Positions 52,828 to 64,000 of a stretch of 64,000 nucleotides of DNA are shown piece by piece; within the stretch, counting starts at the first letter, position 1, and each line of letters starts with the position of its first letter. A program made the translations under genes and the position numbers. Source of the DNA: Fimicolochytrium jonesii (taxonomy: Eukaryota). The DNA lies in assembly GCF_025526975.1 (NCBI RefSeq), contig NW_026515694.1, positions 124,001-188,000 on the forward strand, given 5' to 3'. The notes below the pieces were generated by a model, which searched no databases, was not told the origin of the DNA, and was given only the letters and a program-made list of their open reading frames with translations.

Positions 52828-55659
52828 ATGTCATCACACCAGGCGCTCCAGGGGCACCGGCGGGGTGGCTTCTTTACGGGAGCAACCACACCACGGCGGA
52901 AGAGGAGGAAGGTTGCTCCGGTTACCCCGCGGCTGCCCATAAATCCGCCAACCGCTGTGCAGACACCAATGCAACCCCTGCAATTCGATTTCCCACGTTC
53001 TGTCCAGCGCCACTTGCCCCAAGCAATTGCAGACATGGTTGGCAAGAGCTCCGGCGATGAAGACGGGCAACAGCACCAGCAGCAGCGAGGGCTTTCACCC
53101 GTGGACAGGGGTCTGCAGCGCCCACCAAACCTCCCCGCGCCCATCCCTTTCCGTTTTCCCAGCACACCGGGTGGGTCCCTGGTGCTTGAACCCCCGCCAC
53201 CACCACCAGTTCAACGACCCCGCCCGCAAACACATGCTGGCACCAAGGTTTCCCTTCACCGAGTCTTCCATAATCAAAATCAAGCTCAAAGGGAGCGCCT
53301 GACAACGTTCATCGGCAATGTTCACGTCCTTGCGCGCCACACCACCTTCTTTCTCAAGTACTACCTTGGTGAGTTTTTGAGGCACACTGTATATTTCCCA
53401 TAATATTTCCCATAACAATGTCCTGACTACTACGTCTGCCCACCGCAGCTGATCATCCTCTACGCGATTTCCCAGACATCACCAACAAGCACATCAGTGT
53501 GATGTTGGAGCTGCTCCACAATCCAGGCTACAACGGCAATCCAGTCATCGCGCAAGAGTTGCGTCCACGGGGTCAAGAGTACTGTGATGTTCACGGATTC
53601 GCCCCCATCCGCATGCGATATTGCCAACAGACCGCAGCGTACACGGCTATGAGCATCTTCACAAACCTCAAAGTTAACGTACAAGAGCATTTCATGCAAA
53701 TGTTTCTGCGCTACGTCAATGAAAGGCTTGGTTTGAAGCAAGTGCAACGGCATCTCCGGAGAGCGCAGCAGCGACACTATTATTGTCATGTCCGTCAATT
53801 TACAAAGTACGCGACGTTTGAAGAGTACCCAACCGAAGAGGAGCTTGCACGCCTCACACGACTTGAGCGGACCATCCTCGACGAGTTATGGGCTCTGTTT
53901 CCTCCCCAGGATGAGCTGCTTGCGTACAGCCTTGCGGTGGATGCAATGCCATATTTAGGTGGGCTATGTCCCGTACATTTACCCCACCCCCCCCCCCCCC
54001 CCCGCGGCTTCCTCTTTTGTCTAATCATGGTCCGCACCTGCCTCGCCTCATCACAGGTGCCTATTGTGAGCTCTCACGCCCCTATGAGCGCCGTGGAATG
54101 CGACTGTTTTCCGCTATCCCGCTGCGCAAATCTCGAATCCAGTCATCTGTTCGGATCGACACGCTGATCCTAGCCATTCATATCCTGGGTTTGAGCCAAC
54201 GTCGCATGGGGAAATTCACCGATGAACGCAAGCGGGAGCTGTGGGGGCAGTTTCTCAACGTGAATGTAAGTCTCTATCCCTCTGCGCTTATTTCACTCAC
54301 CTCACCTCGCTGAATGACGGATTGCAGGACAAGGTCTTCAAGGATCGAAAGAAGCTTGGTCTCAAATTTGATGGGTCAATCAGCACAAACGGGTATTCCG
54401 CTACCATCCACTTCAAGAAGCCAGGGCTCAAGTATGGGCATCGGGCCCGGAAGCGTAGCAAGGCCCAAATGCGGGAAGAAGTCAAGCAGCTGTATTTTGA
54501 GCACCACATTGCCGAACTACGGGAGGCTCCAAACATCGTCAGCATTGATCCGGGCAAGCGTGACCTCTTGTTCTGTCGAGACATCAAGAAGGAGCGGCCA
54601 TTTAGGTACATTTCAGTTGACTACTACTGCCCCGCTGTCGCCGCTGTCCCCACTGTCGCCGCTATCCCGATCAACGCCCTCCTCAACCCTGTCCCCGTTC
54701 CCATCCCCACTATCCCCCCCCGTCACCATCCCCACCATCCCCTTTGTTTGACATTCCGTTGCCGCGTTCTCACAATGCACCACCCCATACCAGATACACA
54801 TCCAATCAATGGGCAGTCGAGACAAAGTCTCGGTACTTTCGAAGAGACATGACAGAGCGAAAGATCAATGCCGGCATCGCTGAGATGGAATCACATATTC
54901 CGTCGCACAAGAGCATGAACATCAAGGCGTTCTCAGCGTTCATTGTGGATCACATACATGCGGGTATGATGTATCATGCATTGTCTTCAAATTTGGTAAC
55001 ACGTGGGCTGACATCCATCCATATCCCAGATCCCGCCCTGGATGAGTTTTACCAGGATGAGATTCACGTAGCTCGCAGATTCAAGGCGTTCTCACTGCGG
55101 CAAAAGTCTGAGAGCAAGCTCATCAAGAACATGCGACACCTGTATGGAAAGCATTTTTCGGTCATCTTGGGTGATTGGAGCGACACTGGAAAACCATGCG
55201 CTTTCAGGAGTCATCAAAGACCAAGGGGTGAGTGACCATCATTGTTTTTTATGTATTTTAATATGCTAACTCATCATCATGGAAATCAGATTCCGCACAC
55301 TCTTTGCAAGAAACGGCATTCCATGGTACTTGCTAGATGAGTATCGAACGTCTTCCGTGTGCCCAGACTGCCACGGGCGTGTGAAGAAAAACATCCGACG
55401 CCGGCTGTCACCTCGGCCGTGGCAAGCTCGAAAGGGAAGAATGGAATTCGTCCATGGATTGGTGGGTTGCCCCAACCCCGAATGTATCAACCAAGACTGG
55501 ACGCCATTTGAGATTCCTGGAAGAAGACAACCACTACAACTACGGATGAAAGTGCACAATCGGGACGTCCTAAGCACCAAGAATTTCCTCTCGATTGTGC
55601 GCTCAGTGGTGTTTGGCATTGATGGCCGCAGACCAGACGCATTCTCCCGTAACCGGTAG
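52828..55659 (+). pseudogene. Fanzor1 (TnpB-derived RNA-guided RuvC nuclease), 7 exons, 758 aa if a 1-nt deletion at ~55190 is repaired
   Basis: FSAIPLR..VRIDT, FDGSISTNG, RuvC-I SIDPG, FRYT, ILGDWS, RuvC-II LLDEYRTS, CPDC/CPNPEC zinc finger, RuvC-III NRDVLSTKN. Exons 52828-53368, 53449-53958, 54057-54265, 54328-54605, 54794-54963, 55030-55227, 55290-55659. Confidence 0.9.
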
Positions 55660-55720
55660 TCTAGATTTCACCCCATCCCATTTTCCGTGGTGGTTATCTG
55701 CCATCCACATCATTGTACCT
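55600..55720 (+). ncRNA. Candidate Fanzor omegaRNA scaffold/guide region (positional inference only)
   Basis: Fanzor/TnpB omegaRNAs map to the ORF 3' end and element right end; a hairpin GTGGTGG..CCATCCAC is possible at 55687-55708. Confidence 0.3.
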
Positions 55721-56388
55721 CTGCCTGAGGCGTCGCCGATGTTGGCAACTTGTACGGAATACGAACAGAATACATTAGACCGTAGCGGCGAATTTCCTGC
55801 CGTTGGCTTAATGACGGAGGTTAGCATCGCTCATTCCTGAACCGCGTTTTCCTTAACCTCCACTTGCAGATCTCCGCTTTCCCGCGCGGTCAAGTTGCCA
55901 AGTGGAAAACGTGTCGGTCGGCTTCGTCTCCACAGCCAGCCAGCGCTGCCCCCACACACATGGCCCCCACCGAAAGTCTCCATACTAGCAGGTAGTCCTT
56001 ATGCAGAATAGGAACGAGCTAGCCAGGTCGAGCTGCCAGCGCCCCCCTCGCTAATATATAAAGCGTGCTTGCTACCCTTCCCCAGCTCCTCTGACGGTCA
56101 AACGACAAATTGGGAAGCACAAAACCGTTGCTGATATCACATACAGTAGGTCCAAACTAAACCGCCCCCGTCAACCAAACCCGAGCCCGCCATCCCAGCG
56201 AGCCTTGTGCCTCTCCTCCTGTCCAGCGCAAGCCGGAAGTGTTCTGGCGAGGGAATCTTGGAGGCTTTCATCGACGCGCTCACGTCACAATACTCGACAT
56301 CCTTTGTCTGTGCTCTGGCTCTCTTGCTTGGCGCTAGGAGGCCATTTCCTTTCGAGCAATAACATAAGTGCGGAGCAACATTTTGGCG

Positions 56389-59300
56389 ATGACAGCTGAA
56401 CTGGCGAACGGAGTCAAGTCTGAGACGGGACCAGACGGCGTCCTGCTTCCCGGCCACGGGGCCCAGAGTCCTTATGGGTCGCTCGAGTCTCTATCGCGAA
56501 TGAGCTCTGAGGCTTCGGCACCTGGGGATCCTGTTGCCGTTGAACCAGCAACTCCGGCGCCTCCATCATCTGCACCGGCGCCGCTTGGAACTTTGCAAAC
56601 CCAGTCGTCGAACCCTGCTCTCATTCCCACACGTCCATCACCGAGTACAGGCCTGACGTTCGACGCGACGGACCTTACTCTGTGCAGTGGGGTGTCTCCT
56701 CCGCCCTTGCTCCCTGTAAACCCGCAACACCTCGAGAGCGTTCTGACTTCGGGCACACGCATGATCAAATACCCATCGAAAAGCAGCTCGAAACCTGCCG
56801 AACGACTTATCCGTGTAGACCTGAACTCCCTGCAGATTTTCTGGGAATCGAAGAAGAAAAAGTCGGATCTTCGAGCAGGTGAGGACCGAATGTTGGACGG
56901 ATTAGCTTAGTACAAGGAGACTGAAGAACAACCTCTCGTAGTTGATTTGCACTCCATCAGAGAGATTCGGTTGGGGCAGAACACGAAAGCTTTCGAGCTG
57001 CATGGGAAACGCCCCGACTTGCAGGATAGGTCGTTCTCGGTCATATATGTCGCGTCTGGAGAATACAAAACGCTCAATCTGGGTAAGCTGGATGAAGGGA
57101 GGCTGCGACAATGATGCGACTCGCTAAACGCACGACCACAGTTGCACCAAGTCGGGAAGATGCCTCTACATGGGTGTCTGGGTTGCACATGCTCATGGCA
57201 GAAGCTGATATCTCCGAGGGTGATCCTGCAAAGCTGCATTACAATATGAGCACTTGGCTGCGGCGGCAGTTCAATGCAGCCGACACTTCGAACAACGGCA
57301 CCTTGGACCTAGACGAAGTGACCGATCTGATGAGGAAGCTGAATATTCGCTTATCGAAAAGCGAAATTAAAAGTACATTCAAGGTCAGCACCACGATTCC
57401 GGATGGGTAGATCGATTTTATGCCTAACGCCTTGTCAATGGACAGATAGCCGATGTGGGGAAGTTCGGAAGCTTGAAGTTTGCAGCTTTCGAAAGGCTGT
57501 ACAGAGTCCTTCGGTTCAGACCGGAAGTCAGCGAGCTGTTCTCGGCGCTGTCACGCACGAAGCCAGCTCTGATTACATACGAGGAGTTCAAAGTCTTTGC
57601 TCAACAGACTCAAAAGGTGCAGATTTTGCCGCAAATGTTGTCGGAGGCCGGGGCTTTTCTGATGCTCAGACGCGGCCCTACAGAACGACTGGACGGACGA
57701 GCGATGTTACGAGGTTTACAGCAAATATGCGGGGGCGAACAGCCAAGAAATGAATGTGGATCATTTCAGCGCATTTCTTCTCGCGTCAACCAACTCCATC
57801 TTCAACAAGACGCATAACCATGTCTTTCAAGATATGAGCCGGCCGATGACGGATTACTTTATTAACACATCGCACAACACGTGAGTTCCCAAACGTAGCC
57901 GTTCTATGGCCCCCGCCCCGCATGAGTTTAACACCGTTATCAAGCTACCTGCTCAAAGATCAGTTGGCGGGAGAGAGCTCTGTGGAGGGATATATCCGAG
58001 CGCTTCAGAGGGGTTGTCGATGCGTTGAGTGTACGTACATCCAGCTTTCTTCAACGATCTGCAGCGAAGCGTCTCCTTGTTTCCGATCCTAACCATGATC
58101 GATCGTAGTGGACTGCTTCGATGGCAACAACGGGCAACCCGTTATATACCACGGCATGACTTTGTAAGCCCTTGTTGTCGGTTCTGGAGCTCTTCCATGG
58201 GTTCTGAAGTACATTATCACGCAGGGTGGGCAAGCTACTCTTCAAGGACGTCATCGAAGCTATCGGCAAATATGCGTTCGTCGCGACGCCATACCCCCTG
58301 ATTTTGAGCTTAGAGTCGCAATGTGGGCCTGAACAGCAGGCTGCAATGGCCAACATCCTCCGTGAATACTTGGGCGACTATCTTCTTCAGCGACCTTTGG
58401 TTGAGAACGCGACGAGTCTGCCATCGCCGGAGGATCTGAAGAACAAGATCATCATCAAGGTATGTAGCGGCATATGAAGGGTGCCTCGTCGGACACCAAC
58501 GAAACTGATTGCCATGGTTTTCCAGGGGAAGATTCTTGCGTCGGGGAAGTCTGAGATGGAGTACGAGACGGAGGATGAAGAAGAAGGTACATCCCCTCTT
58601 ACTTGTGGACGGTTTCGGATATGAAGACTAATTCTTTCGCAGTGTTATCTCCAGGAGTAGCAACGAGCCCTCTAGCTCAGGTGTCTAATCTGGTAGACAG
58701 CGGTACAGCGCCAACGTTGGTGCGAAAGCCAACCACTCGAAAGTCTCGGAATTCGCAAGGTGCCGAGGAGTCAGCGGAAGCGGCGGCGCAGCGAAAGCGA
58801 GCCGGCAAGGAGGAACCGGGACTTGCGCGGAAGAAGTCCTCCCCGAAATTGTCGCGGAAGCACATTGTCGCCAAACCCTTGTTGGAACTGTTGGTATACT
58901 GCCAAGGAGTGTCGTTCGAGTCCTTTGCGGCTGCAGCAGGTATGCTAGTGATGCATATGCCGTGTTTGTTTGCGCCGCGTCGCTGACAGTGGGCTTACGT
59001 ACCTCAGAGCTCTTTCTCTTCAATCACATGTGTTCACTGTCAGAGAAAAAGTCGATAGCCCTGATCCAGCGTCAACGAGCCGAGTACATCGCCTTCACTA
59101 AGCGATCGCTAACTCGTATATACCCCGCTGGAACCCGAGTCACTTCGACAAACTACGACCCTATACCCCACTGGGCCGTCGGGGCGCAGATGGTTGCGAT
59201 GAACTACCAAACATTCGGTATGATCTGTCGTCATGTCTTCTTCAGTCTAGTCCGTATATTGTATGCCAACAACCTAGCTCTCAGACAAAGGAATGCAGCT

Positions 59301-60183
59301 GAATACTGGACTGTTCAGCCTTAACGGCCGCTGCGGTTACGTCCTGAAACCGACAGCGTTGAGGAACAAAGCGGGGCCGAAGCCAGATCCCATATCGCTG
59401 ACGATCAAGATCATATCCGGCCAGCAACTGCCAAAACCGAAGGACAGCACTGGCAAAACGGTCATTGATCCTTATGTGGAGTTAGAGATTGCGGGCGGTG
59501 ATACGGACTGTATCAAGTACAGGACTAAAGCGATCAACAATAATGGTAGGGTGGTCACTGTACGGCACGTCTAATTTTAATCTACGGCATTCTGACGAAA
59601 CGTTTCCCGGGCATGCAGGCTTCAACCCTATGTGGAAAGAAGAATTCCGGTTTAACATCGCTGATCCTGAGATGGCTCTGCTGAGGTTTGTGCAATCAGT
59701 TTTTCTCATTGATCTTGGCATTCGCAATGCTGACATGTGCGTCACGTGCCAGATTCTCCATCTTCGACATGGACGTCAAAATGACCAATGACTTCATTGG
59801 CTCTTATACTATACCAATACAGAGTCTCGAACAAGGCAAGTGACATCTTCCTTTTCACATACATTTATCTGGCGCATCATTTACACCACTGCGTTTCATT
59901 CACAGGCTACCGCCACGTTCCGGTGTACAACTGGAAAGGCGATCTCATCCGCTTCTCGACGCTATTCATCTACGTCCGCATTATATCCGTCCCCTCGACG
60001 AAGTCCTCGTCTTCGACAGCACCACCGACGGCGGCATTACAGTTTGGAAATCCGTTAGCAGGGACAAGCGAGCCCGCACAATTGACCACCGCCGTCGTCG
60101 GGAATCCCGTACCTACCACAGGGACTACCACCACTCAACCGCAACAAGCCAACGGGCTCATTGGCACCGTCTACGCGCGGTGA
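56389..60183 (+). CDS. PLC1: Phosphoinositide phospholipase C (delta-like: PH, EF-hand, X/Y, C2), many introns
   Basis: [87 protein letters not shown]. Confidence 0.95.
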
Positions 60184-60591
60184 CATTTCCACCGATTTTC
60201 ATATGGTGGAAGATCCACAGTTGGACGAAGATATGAGCCCGTTTTCAACATCAATGTTGCAGTAGATGACATGCATATTGCCCTGGGCTTTTCCCATCCA
60301 CGTTATCCTGTATATAGTCATGCAGCTATTCATTGTGTACATAATTCTGAATCATCGGTCGCAAGGTTATCAACACAACAAGAGAGGAAACAACGCATGG
60401 CCTACGGTCTCCGTCCGCCTCCACATACTTGGAATGGATATGAAGTATGCAGAAAAGTATCGCCTGAAGTGGAGGAACCTGTCACTCAGGACTGAGGGGC
60501 TGTCAATCCTGATGTGACGTTTCGCGTTCCACTGGCTGGCAAGGGATTCCGCTGATTGACAGGTTCGCCGCCTGCAGAACCCATTCCGAAG

Positions 60592-62241
60592 ATGGTAAAA
60601 CTAACGGAAGCTCAGGTGCTTGCCAGAGCACGAGGGTCTTCCCGGACCGCTATTACAGACCTAGGTGAGGTGCGGTCGCAGACTTGCAAGTGCTTTCGCG
60701 AGCTGACCCAATTTCGTATTCCCAACTCTCCGTCAGCAAGTGTCAGAAACCTCAACCTCTGGGGTCAGAACCTTTCCGATGTGTCCATATTGCAGCGGTT
60801 GCCTAATTTGGAGGTCTTGTCGTTGGCCATAAAGCAAGTATTGCAATATCATACCGTCTGCCTTGGCTCTTGCGAACAGGGAACGGGACATGAAAGCTAA
60901 CATGAATCGTACTTTTTCCTGCCAGTTCACTAACAACTCTCACATCCTTCAAAAACCTCAACAACCTCGTCGAGCTGTATCTACGGCGCAACAACATCTC
61001 CGACATCCGCGAAGTGCAGCATATCCGACATCTACCGAAACTGAGAGTACTATGGTTGAGCGAGAACCCGCTGGCCGATGATCCGGATTACAGGAAGAAG
61101 ACGATCGCGTTGCTGCCGCAGTTGCGAAAGTTGGATGATAGGGATGTGACGGAGCGGGAACGGAGCGAGGCCAAGGCTTTTGGTGGGGTAGGGGATTTTG
61201 CATGTGAGTGTATGGGCAGGGCAGATGGGCAGCTTGATCACTAGCTTCAGGATGTTGATTTGGTCTTGCAGCAGAGGAAAACTACCAGCTGCAGAGCCCG
61301 CATTCTGCAGGACACGCCTACCAACCATCGTCGTATGGCGGAGCAGCCGTCTCTCCATCGCGGCCGACGGAAGCTGCATCTCCACGCGTAAGAAGAGATA
61401 TCACGCAGCCACCACCACGCCCACCGCATCTGGATACTGGGCGGGAGGAACAACATTTGAGTGGATCAGGGATGTCGATTGTCAGCGTGTCGCCGACAAG
61501 GCTTGAATCGCAGCAGGTTGGGAGGCCACAACATGATCGGAGGGATCCGGAGATACATGTAAAGACGCATTGCCCGGCCTTCCTTGCCCTGAACGGTCAT
61601 ACATTCTAAAGCACATTGATCAGAAATCCAGCGCACTAGAATCAATCAACAAATCCTCCGCCCAACCTCCACCAACAAACAACACCCCCTACCCCGCAAA
61701 TACCAACAGGCGACAGTCAGCCCAGCCCGTCGGCCGCCGCGCACTACAGGCCGAACCGGCACGCATTGAGTTTGAGCCATCGATACAAGGTGCAGGGTAT
61801 GACAGACCACAGCGCGGGCCGCAATCAGCGGGGGCAGGCGCAGTGATGCAGTCAGAGCATAAGAGGAGACCGTCGTGGCTGACGAGACCGGGTGATGTGA
61901 GTGGTTGATCATTCATTCTATAGGCATGATGCGATATCAATTAGGTTCCATTGATTTCGGCTGGTTAGTCTGGGACAGTGAAAGACCGTATCAGGGCGGC
62001 GGGGATCCCTGCGATCGCTGAAGCTGAAGAATCGAATGAGGGGACTGAGGACGCACTGAAATCGAAAACGGTACGCTCTTGGTCTCTCTTTGCAGGAACG
62101 CATTTTCTTCTGAGACGTGCTATCCTTCCAATCCAGAACAACATACTGTTCGCCGTTCTATCGTTGCTGAAGGAGCTAGATGCGCCAGCTCTGCAAGTCG
62201 TCGGATACGAAGTTGGCGAAGCGCTTGCTCAGACGAAATAG
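60592..62241 (+). CDS. CFAP410: Cilia- and flagella-associated LRR protein CFAP410 (C21orf2)-like
   Basis: MVKLTEAQVLARA, LNLWGQNLSDVSIL..LEVLSL, LYLRRNNI, LRVLWLSENP, LRKLDD, C-terminal NNILFAVLSLLKELD. Confidence 0.85.
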
Positions 62242-62603
62242 CCAACAGACGTTTATGTATTGTGGACGACGCTGTTGTTTTTTGGCCACACCTCCGCATG
62301 CAGGAGGTTGCACATGCGTATTCGAGTGGGACTGAGCTTTTCACATTTTGATGAGGTTTCTTAGATTATATGGACACAATGTCATTATAGTTGTCTCACT
62401 CAATGCCCTCGATTAAGGTTCGCTTTACGGGGCGTGTGACTCCATAACCTTCTCCCATACCCTTTTCCTCAACCCCATTATACGCCCATAATTACGCCGT
62501 TTCCGCCCCTCCTGTCATACAGTGGTTTCTCAGCGGCTAATAGGGCGCCACGCCTGCCAGCAACCTCCTTTGAACCAGCTTGCCGCTATGTCGTTATGTC
62601 ATC

Positions 62604-64000
62604 TTAACAGATTATTGACCTTTCGCTGTCATCATGATCCTCAGTATCAGTTCCAGTTGGTGGTTCATCGAGAACTCCAGCGACCCGAATATTGCAGCTC
62701 TGTGCTAAAAACATCATGAAGAAAGAGCGTAAAGAGCATCCGTCCTTCGGTGTTGTTGCTACCCATCGAGGCCTTGCATACCTATTTCGCATTCTAGATC
62801 CTGGACTCCAATTGAGGATTGTCCACGATGTTTCGCTGCAGCGGCAGCACGTTTCGTAAGATCTCCCAAGAAACTGTCCGCCAATCGAAGCATGAACTAC
62901 AAAGAAAAGAGAATGGGAAGACACGACTGCATTTTATCGATCGTGGGCGGCATTTGCTTTACCTGCTCGGTTTCTGGCGTTAGTCGACAATGGGGTGCCA
63001 ATTCGGCTAACAACTCATTCAAAAATGTCGGTCCAGCAGTGACAAGCGAGTCGACCTCCACTACTGATTCCTGAGTAGCCAGTGACCCATTGATACTCTT
63101 CTCAGCCAGTCTCTTCTTTGGAGCAGGGTCGTCGGGTACCACATGCGATGGTGGTTGATATGTCTCATGCAGCGAAGGCTTCGTCCCTCGCCTGGGAGGC
63201 GCCCTCTTGACAACAAATTCCGGAAGCGCGGCCATTCCGTGCGAGGGCTCGCCGGACGACATTTGCCAGAGGAAGAAGTTCGATGAGTGGTGGTGTATTG
63301 CTTTCTTGGGAGCTTTTTGCGCCGCTTTCTTATCAGCTTCCGTCGTTACGTACTCGACCATTGTTAGTATGCGCCCGGGTATAGGAGGCGGTGATGGAGG
63401 ACGAGCTGCCCCCGATGCCGATCCAGCGGTTGGCGGATCTTGCAGCGGGAGAGCTGTGCAATGCCAGCATAAGTAAGTCAACAATCGTCTGGGAATTAAT
63501 AAAGCTTAAAGTTACCTCCTCGTGGTCGACGCTTCCCTTTTCCAGTCCCTACGCCTTTCCCAGTCCCTTTTCCGATACTTTTGCCGATCAGAAGCTGCAG
63601 CGCAGATTTCTGTGTGCAAACTGCAATGGCGAGACAGAATGACGATGCAGCGAAATTTCTGTTACATGGTGTTTTACCGGCGTTTTCACCGGCGACCCGA
63701 TTCCTTACCTTCATTGATAGGTGTGAAACCTTCAGGTCTGACCGGTCCAGCCGAAGGTGAAGCCATTTCCTGCAGGTGGCCCAGTGGGGGGATAGATGAC
63801 GTTCGAACCACTGGCCCTCCGACTCGTGTCTGCGGAAGGACATTGGTAGGTTTGAAACGAAACTGGAAACCATCAGGTCCGACCGGTCCAGCCGGAGGGA
63901 GAGATATCTCCTGCAGGTAGCCCTCTTGGGGGAGCGGTGACATTTGAACCACTCGTGTCTGCGGATGGGGCCCGGATTGATGGATAAACTGTTGCTCGCC
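62604..64000 (-). CDS. 3' part of a protein with a C-terminal TAF12-like histone fold; 5' end probably outside the window
   Basis: Spliced reading LNELLAELAPHCRLTPETEQ|FMLRLADSFLGDLTKRAAAAAKHRGQSSIGVQDLECEI|AQSCNIRVAG follows the TAF12 pattern. Confidence 0.6.

Larger units (their letters stand above)
47344..55700 (+). mobile_element. Putative composite Fanzor-bearing cargo element; boundaries approximate, no transposase, TIR or TSD established
   Basis: Inserted between divergent MTR10 and PLC1; visibly GC-richer block 47600-52550; repeats, non-housekeeping disrupted genes and a terminal Fanzor. Confidence 0.6.

Noticed and set aside
47340..55900. Terminal inverted repeats, a target-site duplication or canonical Helitron TC...CTAG ends
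   Set aside because: No convincing inverted match found by eye. The CTAG at 55661 lacks a strong upstream hairpin and a following T, and the TTA and ATCTGCCA matches are too short.

Overview
Gene-dense, intron-rich eukaryotic DNA. It is most likely from a flagellated early-diverging fungus (chytrid-like): short GT-AG introns with CTAAC/CTGAC branch sites, fungal TPS2, a ciliary CFAP410 homolog and TTAGGG repeats. About 18 host genes are readable, including MDE1, RIP1, a UDP-glucose 4,6-dehydratase, an LST2-like gene, a UBE2Q-like E2, a WD40 protein, a FIRRM-like gene, an R3H-SUZ protein, SMC4, RPS20, TPS2, NUP188, MTR10, PLC1, CFAP410 and a TAF12-like gene. The stand-out is an ~8.3 kb foreign-looking insertion (~47340-55700) between the divergent MTR10 and PLC1 genes. 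It starts with duplicated interstitial (TTAGGG)n units. It then carries a GC-rich block with a spliced Ulp1/SUMO-type protease gene, an orphan gene and a 37-bp hairpin array, and ends with a 7-exon Fanzor1 (eukaryotic TnpB-like RNA-guided nuclease) gene. No transposase is recognisable, and all three element genes carry frameshifts or stops in this copy. All calls come from reading motifs by eye; no database search was run, and exon boundaries are manual.
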